From: Parcubacteria group bacterium GW2011_GWA2_47_7
Lineage (GTDB): Bacteria > Patescibacteriota > Minisyncoccia > Phycocordibacterales > UBA6899
NCBI GenBank assembly: GCA_000999395.1
Contig: LCOM01000001.1
Span: 1-48,273, forward strand
Direction of reading: 5' to 3'
Length of the DNA stretch: 48,273 nucleotides
How positions within the stretch are numbered: the first letter of the stretch is position 1; each line of letters begins with the position of its first letter. A program made the position numbers and the translations under genes. Below, one piece after another: positions 8,915 to 17,327 of the stretch. Below the pieces are notes generated by a model. It saw only the letters and a program-made list of their open reading frames with translations, did no database searches and was not told the DNA's origin.

Positions 8915-9150
8915 GGAGCGTACGGGACTCTTCCTCTATTCGAGTTCGTCCTCGCAAGTTTTATATAGAGGGCGAGTTGTGTGGTGCATTCGCGGAGGCG
9001 AATACTTCTTCGAAAAAGCCGACCGGGTGTTTGGCTCTGCAAACTCGACTTACCAGGACAGTATGCCTTTGCGGTTTACTCAGCATAGGAATGCTTTGTA
9101 AACATCGCAAAGCCCTTCTCGTCCTGTACGGAGTGAAGCAGTTCACTCCT
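8915..9150. ncRNA. GC-rich, ORF-poor, hairpin-dense segment; candidate structured RNA of unknown class
   Basis: Long-range pairing GTACGGGAC (8920-8928) with GTCCTGTAC (9121-9129). Hairpins: ATTCGC-GGAG-GCGAAT (about 8987-9004), an 18-bp interrupted hairpin at 9066-9113, and GGAGTGAA-GCAG-TTCACTCC at 9129-9148 (it overlaps position 9129 of the long-range stem). Both overlapping track ORFs look non-protein-like. Confidence 0.25.
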
Positions 9151-9203
9151 ACGGCCACAACAAAAAATCCCCTTTCGGGGAAAATTTTTGTTGTGGACCG
9201 TAC
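9150..9203 (-). terminator. extended palindromic terminator downstream of the tRNA-like element
   Basis: Minus strand: ..ACGGTCCACAACAAAAATTTTCCCC-GAAA-GGGGATTTTTTGTTGTGGCCGTA. CCCC/GGGG core followed by a T-run. The outer arms include the 3' end of the upstream RNA gene. Confidence 0.6.
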
Positions 9204-9327
9204 AGGAATCTCGACGCCTACTGCGTCAGTACCCCTTTCCCATTTCCGCGAGATAGGAATGACTTAGAAATAAGGGGGAAGGGCTTCGAGTCCTTTCGCA
9301 AGCAATGCAGATTGCTTGCTACGGTCC
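9194..9327 (-). ncRNA. 134-nt tRNA-Ala-derived tRNA-like element (acceptor stem retained but G3:U70 changed to A3-U70; D/anticodon arms replaced by other hairpins)
   Basis: The 5' GGACCGTAGC and the 3' ...GATTCCTGTACGGTCCA mirror the 5'/3' ends of the adjacent tRNA-Ala(UGC), with a 16-nt identical repeat at 9192-9207 = 9372-9387. Internal 9-bp hairpin GCAAGCAAT-CTGC-ATTGCTTGC and a 9+5-bp long stem spanning 9233-9283. It has its own downstream terminator. Confidence 0.4.
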
Positions 9328-9382
9328 ACAAAAGCACAAAACCTGCCACAGGGGCAGGTATTTGTGTCTTATGTGGACCGTA
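9320..9382. repeat. imperfect extended palindrome / terminator between tRNA-Ala(UGC) and the tRNA-like element
   Basis: tacggtccaca..acctgcc-acagg-ggcaggt..tgtggaccgta. The outer 11-nt arms are the 3' end of the tRNA and the 5' end of the tRNA-like element. Confidence 0.6.
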
Positions 9383-9446
9383 CAGGACTCGAACCTGCCA
9401 CCCCTACATTGCAAATGTAGTGCTCTACCAGATGAGCTAACGGCCC
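9374..9446 (-). tRNA. tRNA-Ala (anticodon UGC), no encoded CCA
   Basis: GGGCCGT-TA-GCTC..GAGC-A-CTACA-TTTGCAA-TGTAG-..-GCAGGTTCGAGTCCTGT-ACGGTCC-A. G3:U70 present. Confidence 0.9.
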
Positions 9447-9573
9447 TTAAAACAGTTTGATGCAAAATGTTTAGGCGTCCGCACGGAGCGGATAAGCCTC
9501 AAACAATTACTGAGGTAGCATATATCAACTATTTAAAAAAAACAAGCATTCGAGTATGGAGGCCGGTCGAATG

Positions 9574-10542
9574 TTATCGATTACTCGTTAGTGAAAGTGA
9601 AAGAACGTGCTCGAGAAAATCTGAAAATTCGACCCTCCCAGCGGAAAGCGCTTTCGGAAAAAGTGACTCACTCGTCAACCCTGGAAGCGTATTGATCTCG
9701 ATGGTATAAATACCCTTCGGAGAAATCATAAAATCAGTTCGTGAATAATGCCTCGCGTCGATTGACTTATGAGCTTTTACAGCAAGGTCACGCAAGAGAC
9801 TATGTGTCGCGAGCGTGAACCTCCCCGGACATATCTCTTCCGTGGAGCCGTCATACTTCGTTTCATAATCAAAAAAAGGTTTAGTACTCGGAGGAACGAT
9901 TTCTATTGGATACAGCACGAGGAACTCCCCTTTTACACCGCCATCGATGACACAAACAGTCGCCTCCTGCCCTGCAATGAACTCTTCAACAAGGACGTCA
10001 CCATACTTCGCTGCCAACGTTATGGCATCTCCCAATTCTTCGAGGGAATACACAATAGTTGTGGCAATCGATGAGCCTCCGGTTACGGGCTTCACCACGA
10101 GCGGCAATTGTCTATTGCGATAGATTTCGAATGCCGCATCTGCAATATTCGCACCCTCTAAAACGATATCGCCGTGAGGCACCGTGAGGCCATACTCAAC
10201 AAATCTATCCTTCGCAAGACCCTTGTGCATGCCAATGGCTGATGACAATGCTCGTGAGCCAGTATAAGGAATGCCAAATTTTTCAAATAATTGCTGTATC
10301 TTTCCGTCCTCACCGTATGCTCCATGTAATGCATTCCACACGACATCAAGATGAGGGACAATATTCGAAAAGCTCTGCTGGACGCCACCCATAACCCACT
10401 CGCCATCCTTGGTAAGAAGTAGGTCGATCGGAATGTATTTGTCACGATCAAGATTACGCAATACATTTTCGCCCGTACGAAGCGATACGTCATACTCACT
10501 CGACGGTCCGCCTCGCACTACTCCTACTCTTATCTTTTGCAT
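9574..10542 (-). CDS. ddl: D-alanine--D-alanine ligase
   Basis: 'MQKIRVGVVRGGPSSEYDVSLRTG', 'LHGAYGEDGKIQQLFE', ATP-grasp core, C-terminal 'IEINTLPGLT'. Confidence 0.92.
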   Translation of the reverse strand: MQKIRVGVVRGGPSSEYDVSLRTGENVLRNLDRDKYIPIDLLLTKDGEWVMGGVQQSFSNIVPHLDVVWNALHGAYGEDGKIQQLFEKFGIPYTGSRALSSAIGMHKGLAKDRFVEYGLTVPHGDIVLEGANIADAAFEIYRNRQLPLVVKPVTGGSSIATTIVYSLEELGDAITLAAKYGDVLVEEFIAGQEATVCVIDGGVKGEFLVLYPIEIVPPSTKPFFDYETKYDGSTEEICPGRFTLATHSLLRDLAVKAHKSIDARHYSRTDFMISPKGIYTIEINTLPGLTSESLFPKALSAGRVEFSDFLEHVLSLSLTSNR

Positions 10543-10575
10543 GACATCAGTATAGCGCAACAGTGGCGCACCGTA

Positions 10576-11832
10576 CTAGTCCTTTTTGCATCCCAGCGTA
10601 TCTCGAATTTGCCGATGATATGCCACGGCAAAGCGGTGGGATTCCGCGTTGGCAAGCAAAATACCACGCTTATATGACTCTGCGATTTCACGATTTCCAA
10701 GTATCGCTTTCGGCTTATGGCGTGCATCCTTCACGACACTTACGACATCAACGGACAGTGCGAGTTCGCCAAGCACCTTTTCTGCACGTCTTTTTTGTGC
10801 AGTTCCACCATCAACGACAACTAAATCGGGTTTGGTCCATTCTTTGTGTCCGAAACGCCGCCGCAAAACCTCATCAAGATGAAGCGTATCGTTCGATACA
10901 TCACTTTCAATGCGAATCTTGAACTTGCGATAGTCGCTCTTTTTCAATTTCCCATCTTCAACGACGGTCATCACGCCAACCGTGTACTTACCGGAGATAT
11001 GCGCAACGTCATAGGCCTCAATACGGAATGGTTTACTACGCGATAGGGAGGTTTTCTGTGAATGGGAACGCACCTCTGCGCTCAATAGTGAAACATCTTT
11101 GATATGCTGAAGTGAGAATATCATGTTTTTAAACTCCTGCGCTTCCTCAAATTTCTGCTGAGTAGCATACTCATGCATCAATTTCCCGAGTCTTTTTACT
11201 AGCGTATTTTTTTTGCCTTCGAAAAATAATCTAATCTCTTGAATGCGCTCCATATACTCACGTGCGTTCATTTCGTCGGAGCAAATCCCCGGACAAAGCC
11301 CTATTTGACGATTAAAACAAGGCTTTCCCTGATGTGGTTGGCATTTGTCGCGAAACGGCAAAATCCGACGGATAATCTTCAACGATTCGTTCAGACTTCC
11401 ACCATCTGTGAATGGGCCAAAAACGTGAAGATAAATTCCACTCGCCCCTTCGGTACCCGAGAGCATGACCCGCTCACGGATAGTAAGGACTCGTGGAAAT
11501 TCTTCTTTCGTCATAACCACATAGTTCCAGCTACGATTGTCTTTTTCTCTGGTGTTGTAGAACGGCTGGTGGCGTTTAATGAGACTTGCCTCAAGAATAA
11601 GCGCCTCGATTACCGAATCGGTCACCTGATGCTCGACATTGCGTGCAAGCGTGACCATGTCGACGATATGTTTTCCACGCATATGAAGCAGATCATTAGA
11701 AAAATAGCTCCTCACGCGGTCGCGCAAGGACGTCGCCTTTCCGATATACAAGACCCTCCCTTTCGCATCGAGAAACCTATAGATACCTGGGGAATCGGGT
11801 AATTTGAACGATTTTAGCCTGTCCTGTGTCAT
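10576..11832 (-). CDS. uvrC: excinuclease ABC subunit C, short form lacking the C-terminal (HhH)2 domain
   Basis: GIY-YIG 'PDSPGIYRFLDAKGRVLYIGKATSLRDRVRSYF', UVR domain, endonuclease domain 'RIEAYDVAHISG'. It ends right after 'AESHRFAVAYHRQIR'. Start set at ATG 11832 (MTQDRL). Confidence 0.88.
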   Translation of the reverse strand: MTQDRLKSFKLPDSPGIYRFLDAKGRVLYIGKATSLRDRVRSYFSNDLLHMRGKHIVDMVTLARNVEHQVTDSVIEALILEASLIKRHQPFYNTREKDNRSWNYVVMTKEEFPRVLTIRERVMLSGTEGASGIYLHVFGPFTDGGSLNESLKIIRRILPFRDKCQPHQGKPCFNRQIGLCPGICSDEMNAREYMERIQEIRLFFEGKKNTLVKRLGKLMHEYATQQKFEEAQEFKNMIFSLQHIKDVSLLSAEVRSHSQKTSLSRSKPFRIEAYDVAHISGKYTVGVMTVVEDGKLKKSDYRKFKIRIESDVSNDTLHLDEVLRRRFGHKEWTKPDLVVVDGGTAQKRRAEKVLGELALSVDVVSVVKDARHKPKAILGNREIAESYKRGILLANAESHRFAVAYHRQIRDTLGCKKD

Positions 11833-11914
11833 TGCCGTATCATAAAGGAAGTCATTGGTATTGACAAACAACAACATGATGATTAGATGAAGGAGGAACA
11901 AACAGGAGAGTACC

Positions 11915-12331
11915 ATGATATCAGAACGGCTTGTTGGCAGACTTGCATTCGAACTACGGGAATATCACTTCAATAGACCGCTGCGTCCCTCCCTTTATGC
12001 ACCCAATCAGTTGATTGGTGACGATGGATTGATGGGGCAGTTTGTCTTCACTGATGCTTGGGCGTGTATTGTTGCCCACATCATCCAGACAGTGCAACTT
12101 AACGCGGGTGATCTTCGGGTGCGATTTCCGGTCGAAATTCCTCCGCAAGGCTTGAAAGATGTTTTCCCATTCATGAAACCAGAATTCTCGGGCGCATGTT
12201 CTCCTCAACGACTGACCGAGATTCTCCCGGGGGTTATAAAGGATTTCCTGAACTGGGTTGAGGATTTCCATTCCTGCCACGTTGAAGACATGGAAGATGA
12301 TCGCGGTAAACCGCCACTCAAATCCAGATAG
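11915..12331 (+). CDS. hypothetical protein (138 aa)
   Basis: ATG preceded by GGAGAG. The stop is followed 11 nt later by the bidirectional terminator at 12342-12367. A 133-aa ORF is open on the opposite strand, so strand choice is uncertain. Confidence 0.4.
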   Translation: MISERLVGRLAFELREYHFNRPLRPSLYAPNQLIGDDGLMGQFVFTDAWACIVAHIIQTVQLNAGDLRVRFPVEIPPQGLKDVFPFMKPEFSGACSPQRLTEILPGVIKDFLNWVEDFHSCHVEDMEDDRGKPPLKSR

Positions 12332-12341
12332 GTAAGTAAAC

Positions 12342-12367
12342 AAAAGGCGCCACACGGCGCCTTTTTT
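12342..12367. terminator. bidirectional rho-independent terminator (uvrA / 11915 ORF)
   Basis: AAAA-GGCGCC-ACAC-GGCGCC-TTTTTT. Confidence 0.7.
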
Positions 12368-15011
12368 ATTTACTCGTTTTTTTTAACATTTTGTTCAGAT
12401 ATTTCCCTGTGTGTGATTTTGAATTATTCGCGACCTCTTCCGGAGTTCCCTTCGCCACAAGCGTGCCTCCACCCGAGCCACCTTCGGGTCCAATATCGAT
12501 TACATAGTCGGAGGATTTGATTACATCGAGATTGTGTTCAATCAAAAGCACGGAATTTCCTTTATCGACGAGGGTTTGCAATATTTCGATCAATTTCTTC
12601 ACATCTTCATAGTGCAGCCCGATGGTTGGCTCGTCGAGAAGATACATGGTGCGTTGCATAAGTGGGCGATAAAGTTCGGATGCAATTTTCACGCGTTGCG
12701 CCTCTCCACCCGACAAGGTCGTTGCAGATTGGCCCAGCTCCAAATAGCCGAGCCCCACGTCTTCCATCGACTTTAATCGATCCGAAATAGCAGGAATATC
12801 CTCAAAAAAAGTCGTTGCCTCTTCAACGGTCATCTTCAGAACTTCGTATATATTCTTCTTCTTCCACTTCACTTCGAGCGTCTCTTTTTGGAAACGCTTT
12901 CCTTGGCACACATCACAGAGCACGTACACGGTCGGCAAAAAATGCATTTCGACTGCAATCATTCCGTTTCCCTCACACGCCTCGCAGCGCCCGCCCTTTA
13001 CGTTGAAGGAAAATCGAGATGGTTTCCACCCACGCACCTTCGCCTCTTCCGTCTCGGCAAACATATCGCGAATGAACGTCCATGCGCCGGTGTAAGTTGC
13101 GGGATTTGAACGTGGGGTTCTTCCGATGGGAGACTGGTCGATAAGTATGGTGCGGTGCAAATATTCAGTTCCTGTGAACGACGAGCAATTGTAAGTCTTT
13201 GCGCTACGATATTTTCGCTCAAATCGCGCCTGCAGATTTTTATAAACGAGCTCGTATAGAAGAGTTGACTTCCCTGAGCCCGAAACGCCAGTCACGGTCA
13301 CCAACTTTCCGAGTGGAATATCAACATTCATGTTGTTGATATTAAAAGCTTTGCCTCCACGTATCTGTAGCGTCCCCTTGTCTTTCGTGCGCCGTTTTTC
13401 GGGAATGGGAATTGTTTTATCTCCACGCAAATAGTCTAAGGTTAATGATTTTTCCTTTTTGTTTAACAATAAGTCTTCAAGATAACCCGCGGCCACAACG
13501 TGGCCACCATGCACGCCAGCACCTGGACCGATATCAACCAAATAGTCTGAAGCAAAGATAGTATCTTCGTCATGCTCCACGATGATAATGGTATTCCCCA
13601 TATCACAGAGATCACGGAGTGTTTTGATCAACTTATCATTGTCTTTTTGATGCAGACCAATGGTAGGTTCGTCGAGCACGTAAAGCGCTCCGACGAGCCG
13701 AGATCCGAGTTGTGATGCAAGACGAATGCGTTGTGCTTCGCCACCAGAAAGTGTGTTTGCGCGACGCCCAAGGGTCAGATACCCAATTCCCACATCAAGC
13801 ATGAATGATAAGCGCGACTGAATTTCCTTGATAACTACATTGGAAATTTCCTTTTCGGTCGGCGTCAGAACAAGTGAGTGAAAATATGCAGATGCCTCTT
13901 CAATGGACATATCCGTAATTTCAACAATATTTTTCCCACTCTCCTTCTTCAAAACCCCTTCCTTTTCTTTCTTGTTTATGACATTACCACCCCCAATGCG
14001 TACATGAAGTGCTTCCTCACGCAAGCGAGCACCGTGACACACCTCACATGCCTCCTCGCCAAAAAAGTGCTTTGTCCCGAGGCCATTACACCCTTGGCAC
14101 GCACCGGCGGGAGAGTTGAAAGAGAACAGTCTTGGTTCCACTTCGGGATAAGAAAACCCATCGTCAGGACAGGCAAATTTTGCCGACATAAGCGTGTCAT
14201 CTTCGCCAATCACGAGACGCACAAGACCCTCCGTCTCGTCGAGTCCGCGTTCGACAGCCTCCGCAAGTCGCTCGCGCACACCCTTCACATTGTCAGTAAA
14301 TTCGGACACGAAGAACTCATCAACGAGAATGTCGATATCGTGTTTTTTATTTTTTGAGAGTACGATCTGCTCACGAAGATTTTTCTGTTTTCCGTCGATA
14401 CGCGCCTTGATGTACCCCTTTGAAAGATAATCATAAAGCAACTGATAGTATTCCCCTTTCCGCCCGCGCACGACGGGCGCATAAATGCCAACCTTGAGCG
14501 TTGAATAGGAGACGCCGAGAACAATCTCCTTCGCTTCATGTTTTCCTATTTCACCGACCTTTTCTATAACGAAATTCATGATCTCCTCGTTCGTCAGACG
14601 CTTAATTGGCTTTCCACATGTGAGACAGTGCGGAATTCCGATACGGGCGTACAGAACACGGAGGTAGTCGTATAATTCAGTAATGGTTGCAACTGTTGAA
14701 CGCGGGTTCGAGGAGTGCGACTTCTGGTCTATGGAAATAGCTGGCGAAAGACCAATAATCTCATCGACATCCGGCTTTTGCATCTGATGAAGAAACTGTC
14801 GAGCATATGCCGAAAGCGACTCCACATATCGGCGCTGACCCTCAGCAAATATCGTATCGAACGCAAGTGAAGATTTTCCAGAGCCGGAAAGACCGGTAAT
14901 GACCACCATTTTGTTGCGCGGCATCTCCACGGTAATATTCTTCAGATTATGCGTTCGAGCACCGCGAACAATGATCGAGTCGAGTTCTTTAGTTTTGTGT
15001 TTATCGCTCAT
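12366..15011 (-). CDS. uvrA: excinuclease ABC subunit A
   Basis: '[53 protein letters not shown]', two ABC modules, zinc-finger CxxC pairs. Confidence 0.96.
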   Translation of the reverse strand: MSDKHKTKELDSIIVRGARTHNLKNITVEMPRNKMVVITGLSGSGKSSLAFDTIFAEGQRRYVESLSAYARQFLHQMQKPDVDEIIGLSPAISIDQKSHSSNPRSTVATITELYDYLRVLYARIGIPHCLTCGKPIKRLTNEEIMNFVIEKVGEIGKHEAKEIVLGVSYSTLKVGIYAPVVRGRKGEYYQLLYDYLSKGYIKARIDGKQKNLREQIVLSKNKKHDIDILVDEFFVSEFTDNVKGVRERLAEAVERGLDETEGLVRLVIGEDDTLMSAKFACPDDGFSYPEVEPRLFSFNSPAGACQGCNGLGTKHFFGEEACEVCHGARLREEALHVRIGGGNVINKKEKEGVLKKESGKNIVEITDMSIEEASAYFHSLVLTPTEKEISNVVIKEIQSRLSFMLDVGIGYLTLGRRANTLSGGEAQRIRLASQLGSRLVGALYVLDEPTIGLHQKDNDKLIKTLRDLCDMGNTIIIVEHDEDTIFASDYLVDIGPGAGVHGGHVVAAGYLEDLLLNKKEKSLTLDYLRGDKTIPIPEKRRTKDKGTLQIRGGKAFNINNMNVDIPLGKLVTVTGVSGSGKSTLLYELVYKNLQARFERKYRSAKTYNCSSFTGTEYLHRTILIDQSPIGRTPRSNPATYTGAWTFIRDMFAETEEAKVRGWKPSRFSFNVKGGRCEACEGNGMIAVEMHFLPTVYVLCDVCQGKRFQKETLEVKWKKKNIYEVLKMTVEEATTFFEDIPAISDRLKSMEDVGLGYLELGQSATTLSGGEAQRVKIASELYRPLMQRTMYLLDEPTIGLHYEDVKKLIEILQTLVDKGNSVLLIEHNLDVIKSSDYVIDIGPEGGSGGGTLVAKGTPEEVANNSKSHTGKYLNKMLKKTSK

Positions 15012-15101
15012 GAGTGTGCAATTCTAACACATTTTTTATAAAATGCAAAATCTCACAACTGGGCATTTCTCGCAAAGAGCAATTATTTTTATGCAGGTCA
15101 A

Positions 15102-16451
15102 TCAAACTATACCCTGCGCAAGCATCGCATCTGCGACACGGACAAATCCACCTATGTTGGCACCTTTTACATAATCCACACGGCTCTTACTCTCGCCACC
15201 AAAGGTGACGCAAGTTGCATGAATATTTTTCATGATCTCTTTCAGGCGCGCATCAACTTCATCAGCCGCCCAGGAGAGCCTCAGACTGTTTTGAGACATC
15301 TCAAGTCCGGACGTGGCAACACCACCCGCATTCGAAGCCTTTCCTGGGGCAAACATTATTCCCTGTTTCTGGAGCAAAGATACAGCCTCTTGCGTAGTGG
15401 GCATATTTGCCCCTTCAATAACAGCTAGCCCCTTGTTGTCGACAATCATTTTTGCATCATGTCCATTCAGTTCATTCTGCGTAGAACAAGGGAAGTAGAG
15501 TTCAGCTTTCACACTCCAGGGTTTCGCTCCGGCTAGGTACTCCGCTCCAAATTTATCGGCATATTCCTTTATGCGACCACGTTTCACATTTTTTAACTCC
15601 TTCACAAATGCAAGCTTCGTCGCATTGATACCATCTTTATCATAGATATATCCGTCGGAGTCCGACATCGTCAATACCTTTGCACCGAGCATAATGGCCT
15701 TCTCGACAACGTGTTGGGCTACATTTCCTGAGCCGGAAACAACGATCGTTTTATGTAACAAAGTCTCACTGTGTCTACTAAGCATTTCTTCCGCAAAATA
15801 AACAGCACCGTACCCTGTTGCCTCAGGCCGCATCAGAGAGCCTCCCCATCCATAGCCCTTTCCGGTAAGCACGCCAGTGAATTCATTGGTCATTTTCTTA
15901 TATTGTCCAAACAAATACCCAATCTCCCTTCCGCCAACCCCGATATCACCAGCAGGCACATCCGTATCAGCACCAATATGCCTATAAAGTTCCGTCATAA
16001 AGGCCTGACAAAAACGCATTACTTCTCGATCTGACTTGCCTTTAGGGTCAAAGTCAGATCCACCCTTCCCTCCTCCCATCGGAAGCGTCGTGAGGCTATT
16101 TTTCAAAACCTGCTCAAAACCCAAAAACTTCAATATCGACAGATTGACCGATGGATGAAATCGGAGCCCTCCCTTATATGGACCGATGGCGCTAGAAAAT
16201 TGCACGCGATACCCGCGATTGACGTGTATCTGCCCAACATCATCAGCCCATGGAACGCGAAATATGATTGTACGTTCAGGCTCCACTAGTCGCTCGAGAA
16301 GCATCTCGTTTTGATACTTTGCATGCTCGCTCAAATACGGCAAGATTGTTTCCGCAACCTCCTCTACCGCCTGATGAAATTCTATTTCACCCGGATTCTT
16401 CTCAACAAGCGAACCCATAAAATCTGAAATTTCCTTTTTTTGAATTGTCAT
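15102..16451 (-). CDS. gdhA: NADP-specific glutamate dehydrogenase
   Basis: 'GGGKGGSDFDPKGKS', 'VPAGDIGVGGREIG', 'GSGNVAQ' Rossmann motif. 449 aa. Confidence 0.95.
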   Translation of the reverse strand: MTIQKKEISDFMGSLVEKNPGEIEFHQAVEEVAETILPYLSEHAKYQNEMLLERLVEPERTIIFRVPWADDVGQIHVNRGYRVQFSSAIGPYKGGLRFHPSVNLSILKFLGFEQVLKNSLTTLPMGGGKGGSDFDPKGKSDREVMRFCQAFMTELYRHIGADTDVPAGDIGVGGREIGYLFGQYKKMTNEFTGVLTGKGYGWGGSLMRPEATGYGAVYFAEEMLSRHSETLLHKTIVVSGSGNVAQHVVEKAIMLGAKVLTMSDSDGYIYDKDGINATKLAFVKELKNVKRGRIKEYADKFGAEYLAGAKPWSVKAELYFPCSTQNELNGHDAKMIVDNKGLAVIEGANMPTTQEAVSLLQKQGIMFAPGKASNAGGVATSGLEMSQNSLRLSWAADEVDARLKEIMKNIHATCVTFGGESKSRVDYVKGANIGGFVRVADAMLAQGIV

Positions 16452-16452
16452 A

Positions 16453-17295
16453 TTAATTTCGTTTAAATTTTGCCATTTCCTTTACCTCGCCAACAATTTC
16501 ATCGAGTGTATAATTTGCCTTGACCATAAATTTATCAGCTCCTGCCTTCAGTGCCTTTTCAATGTCTTCGCGCTGACCAAAATTAGAAAGCATCGAAATG
16601 TGTGTATTTGAAAGAGCGGGATTTGCACGTAGTCGGCGCAATACTTCAAAGCCGTCTATCCCCGGTAACAATATATCAAGCAACACTACGTCCGGAAGCT
16701 CCTTTTCGGCAAATAGAACCCCCTGCTCACCATCCACCGCCGCAATGACAGTAAATCCTTCTTTCGAAATTTTTTGCACAGCAAGATCCCTAAGGAATTT
16801 GTCATCCTCAATGATAAGGAGCTTGGTTTGCGACTTCACTGATGGTGTGGGTGATGGAACAACCTCAGCTACTGTCGGTGATGCTGTCTCAGCCTCGATT
16901 TGTGTCGCTGATCCAATATATTTTGAAACATATGACAAAATCTGAGTTGCATTAAAATTCGACTTTACAAAATAGGCCTGGACACCACACTTCAATGCGG
17001 AAGAAATTTCGATGGGGTTTCCACTTTCAGAAACAATAATAATGGGTATTTCCGCTACATGCTTTTCCGAATGCTCGCGAATCATTCTGATTAAATTCAA
17101 ATTTTTTTCAGACTCTTTCCCGATATCCAGAATGATCAAACCTGGGGTGCCATCTGAAAAGACTTCAACTAATGTTGCTGGATCATGCGCCAATATGGAG
17201 CGATAGTGCGATTCCTCAAGCAAGCCAGAGAGTTTTTGGATAAAATTTTGATCAACCGACATGATGACGATACTTTGCGCAAATTCTTCATTCAT
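16453..17295 (-). CDS. tandem-receiver response regulator (degenerate REC + canonical REC, no output domain)
   Basis: Second REC: 'KLLIIEDDKF', 'DVVLLDILLPGIDG', 'FMVKA'. First REC keeps 'LIILDI' but lacks the N-terminal acidic pair. The stop lies 1 nt from the gdhA ATG. Confidence 0.85.
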   Translation of the reverse strand: MNEEFAQSIVIMSVDQNFIQKLSGLLEESHYRSILAHDPATLVEVFSDGTPGLIILDIGKESEKNLNLIRMIREHSEKHVAEIPIIIVSESGNPIEISSALKCGVQAYFVKSNFNATQILSYVSKYIGSATQIEAETASPTVAEVVPSPTPSVKSQTKLLIIEDDKFLRDLAVQKISKEGFTVIAAVDGEQGVLFAEKELPDVVLLDILLPGIDGFEVLRRLRANPALSNTHISMLSNFGQREDIEKALKAGADKFMVKANYTLDEIVGEVKEMAKFKRN

Positions 17296-17327
17296 ACGAA
17301 TAGTAGTATATCATAGATATCCTATCG

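Noticed and set aside
8921-8934. RNase P RNA CR-I-like motif GAGGAAGAGTCCCG on the minus strand
   Set aside because: CR-I lies near the 5' end of RNase P RNA, so the remaining ~300 nt would have to overlap the CheY-like CDS (8499..8897). No CR-IV/V-like ACAGAA..GGCTTA partner was seen.
8908-9267. 119-aa plus-strand ORF (and 8961..9158 minus-strand ORF)
   Set aside because: Its composition is Cys/Arg/Thr-rich and it has no SD. It spans terminator palindromes and the tRNA-like element, which fits a chance ORF in GC-rich structured DNA.
9194-9327. tmRNA (ssrA) or an intron-containing tRNA
   Set aside because: It is too short (134 nt) and has no G3:U70. There is no canonical T-arm adjacent to the acceptor 3' strand. 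No resume codon or tag ORF ending in Ala-Ala was found on either strand of 8900-9330. There are no D-arm consensus bases.
11954-12355. 133-aa minus-strand ORF between uvrA and uvrC
   Set aside because: Its start codon lies inside the uvrA terminator hairpin. The plus-strand alternative has better start and stop context. It is kept only as an uncertainty (see findings).
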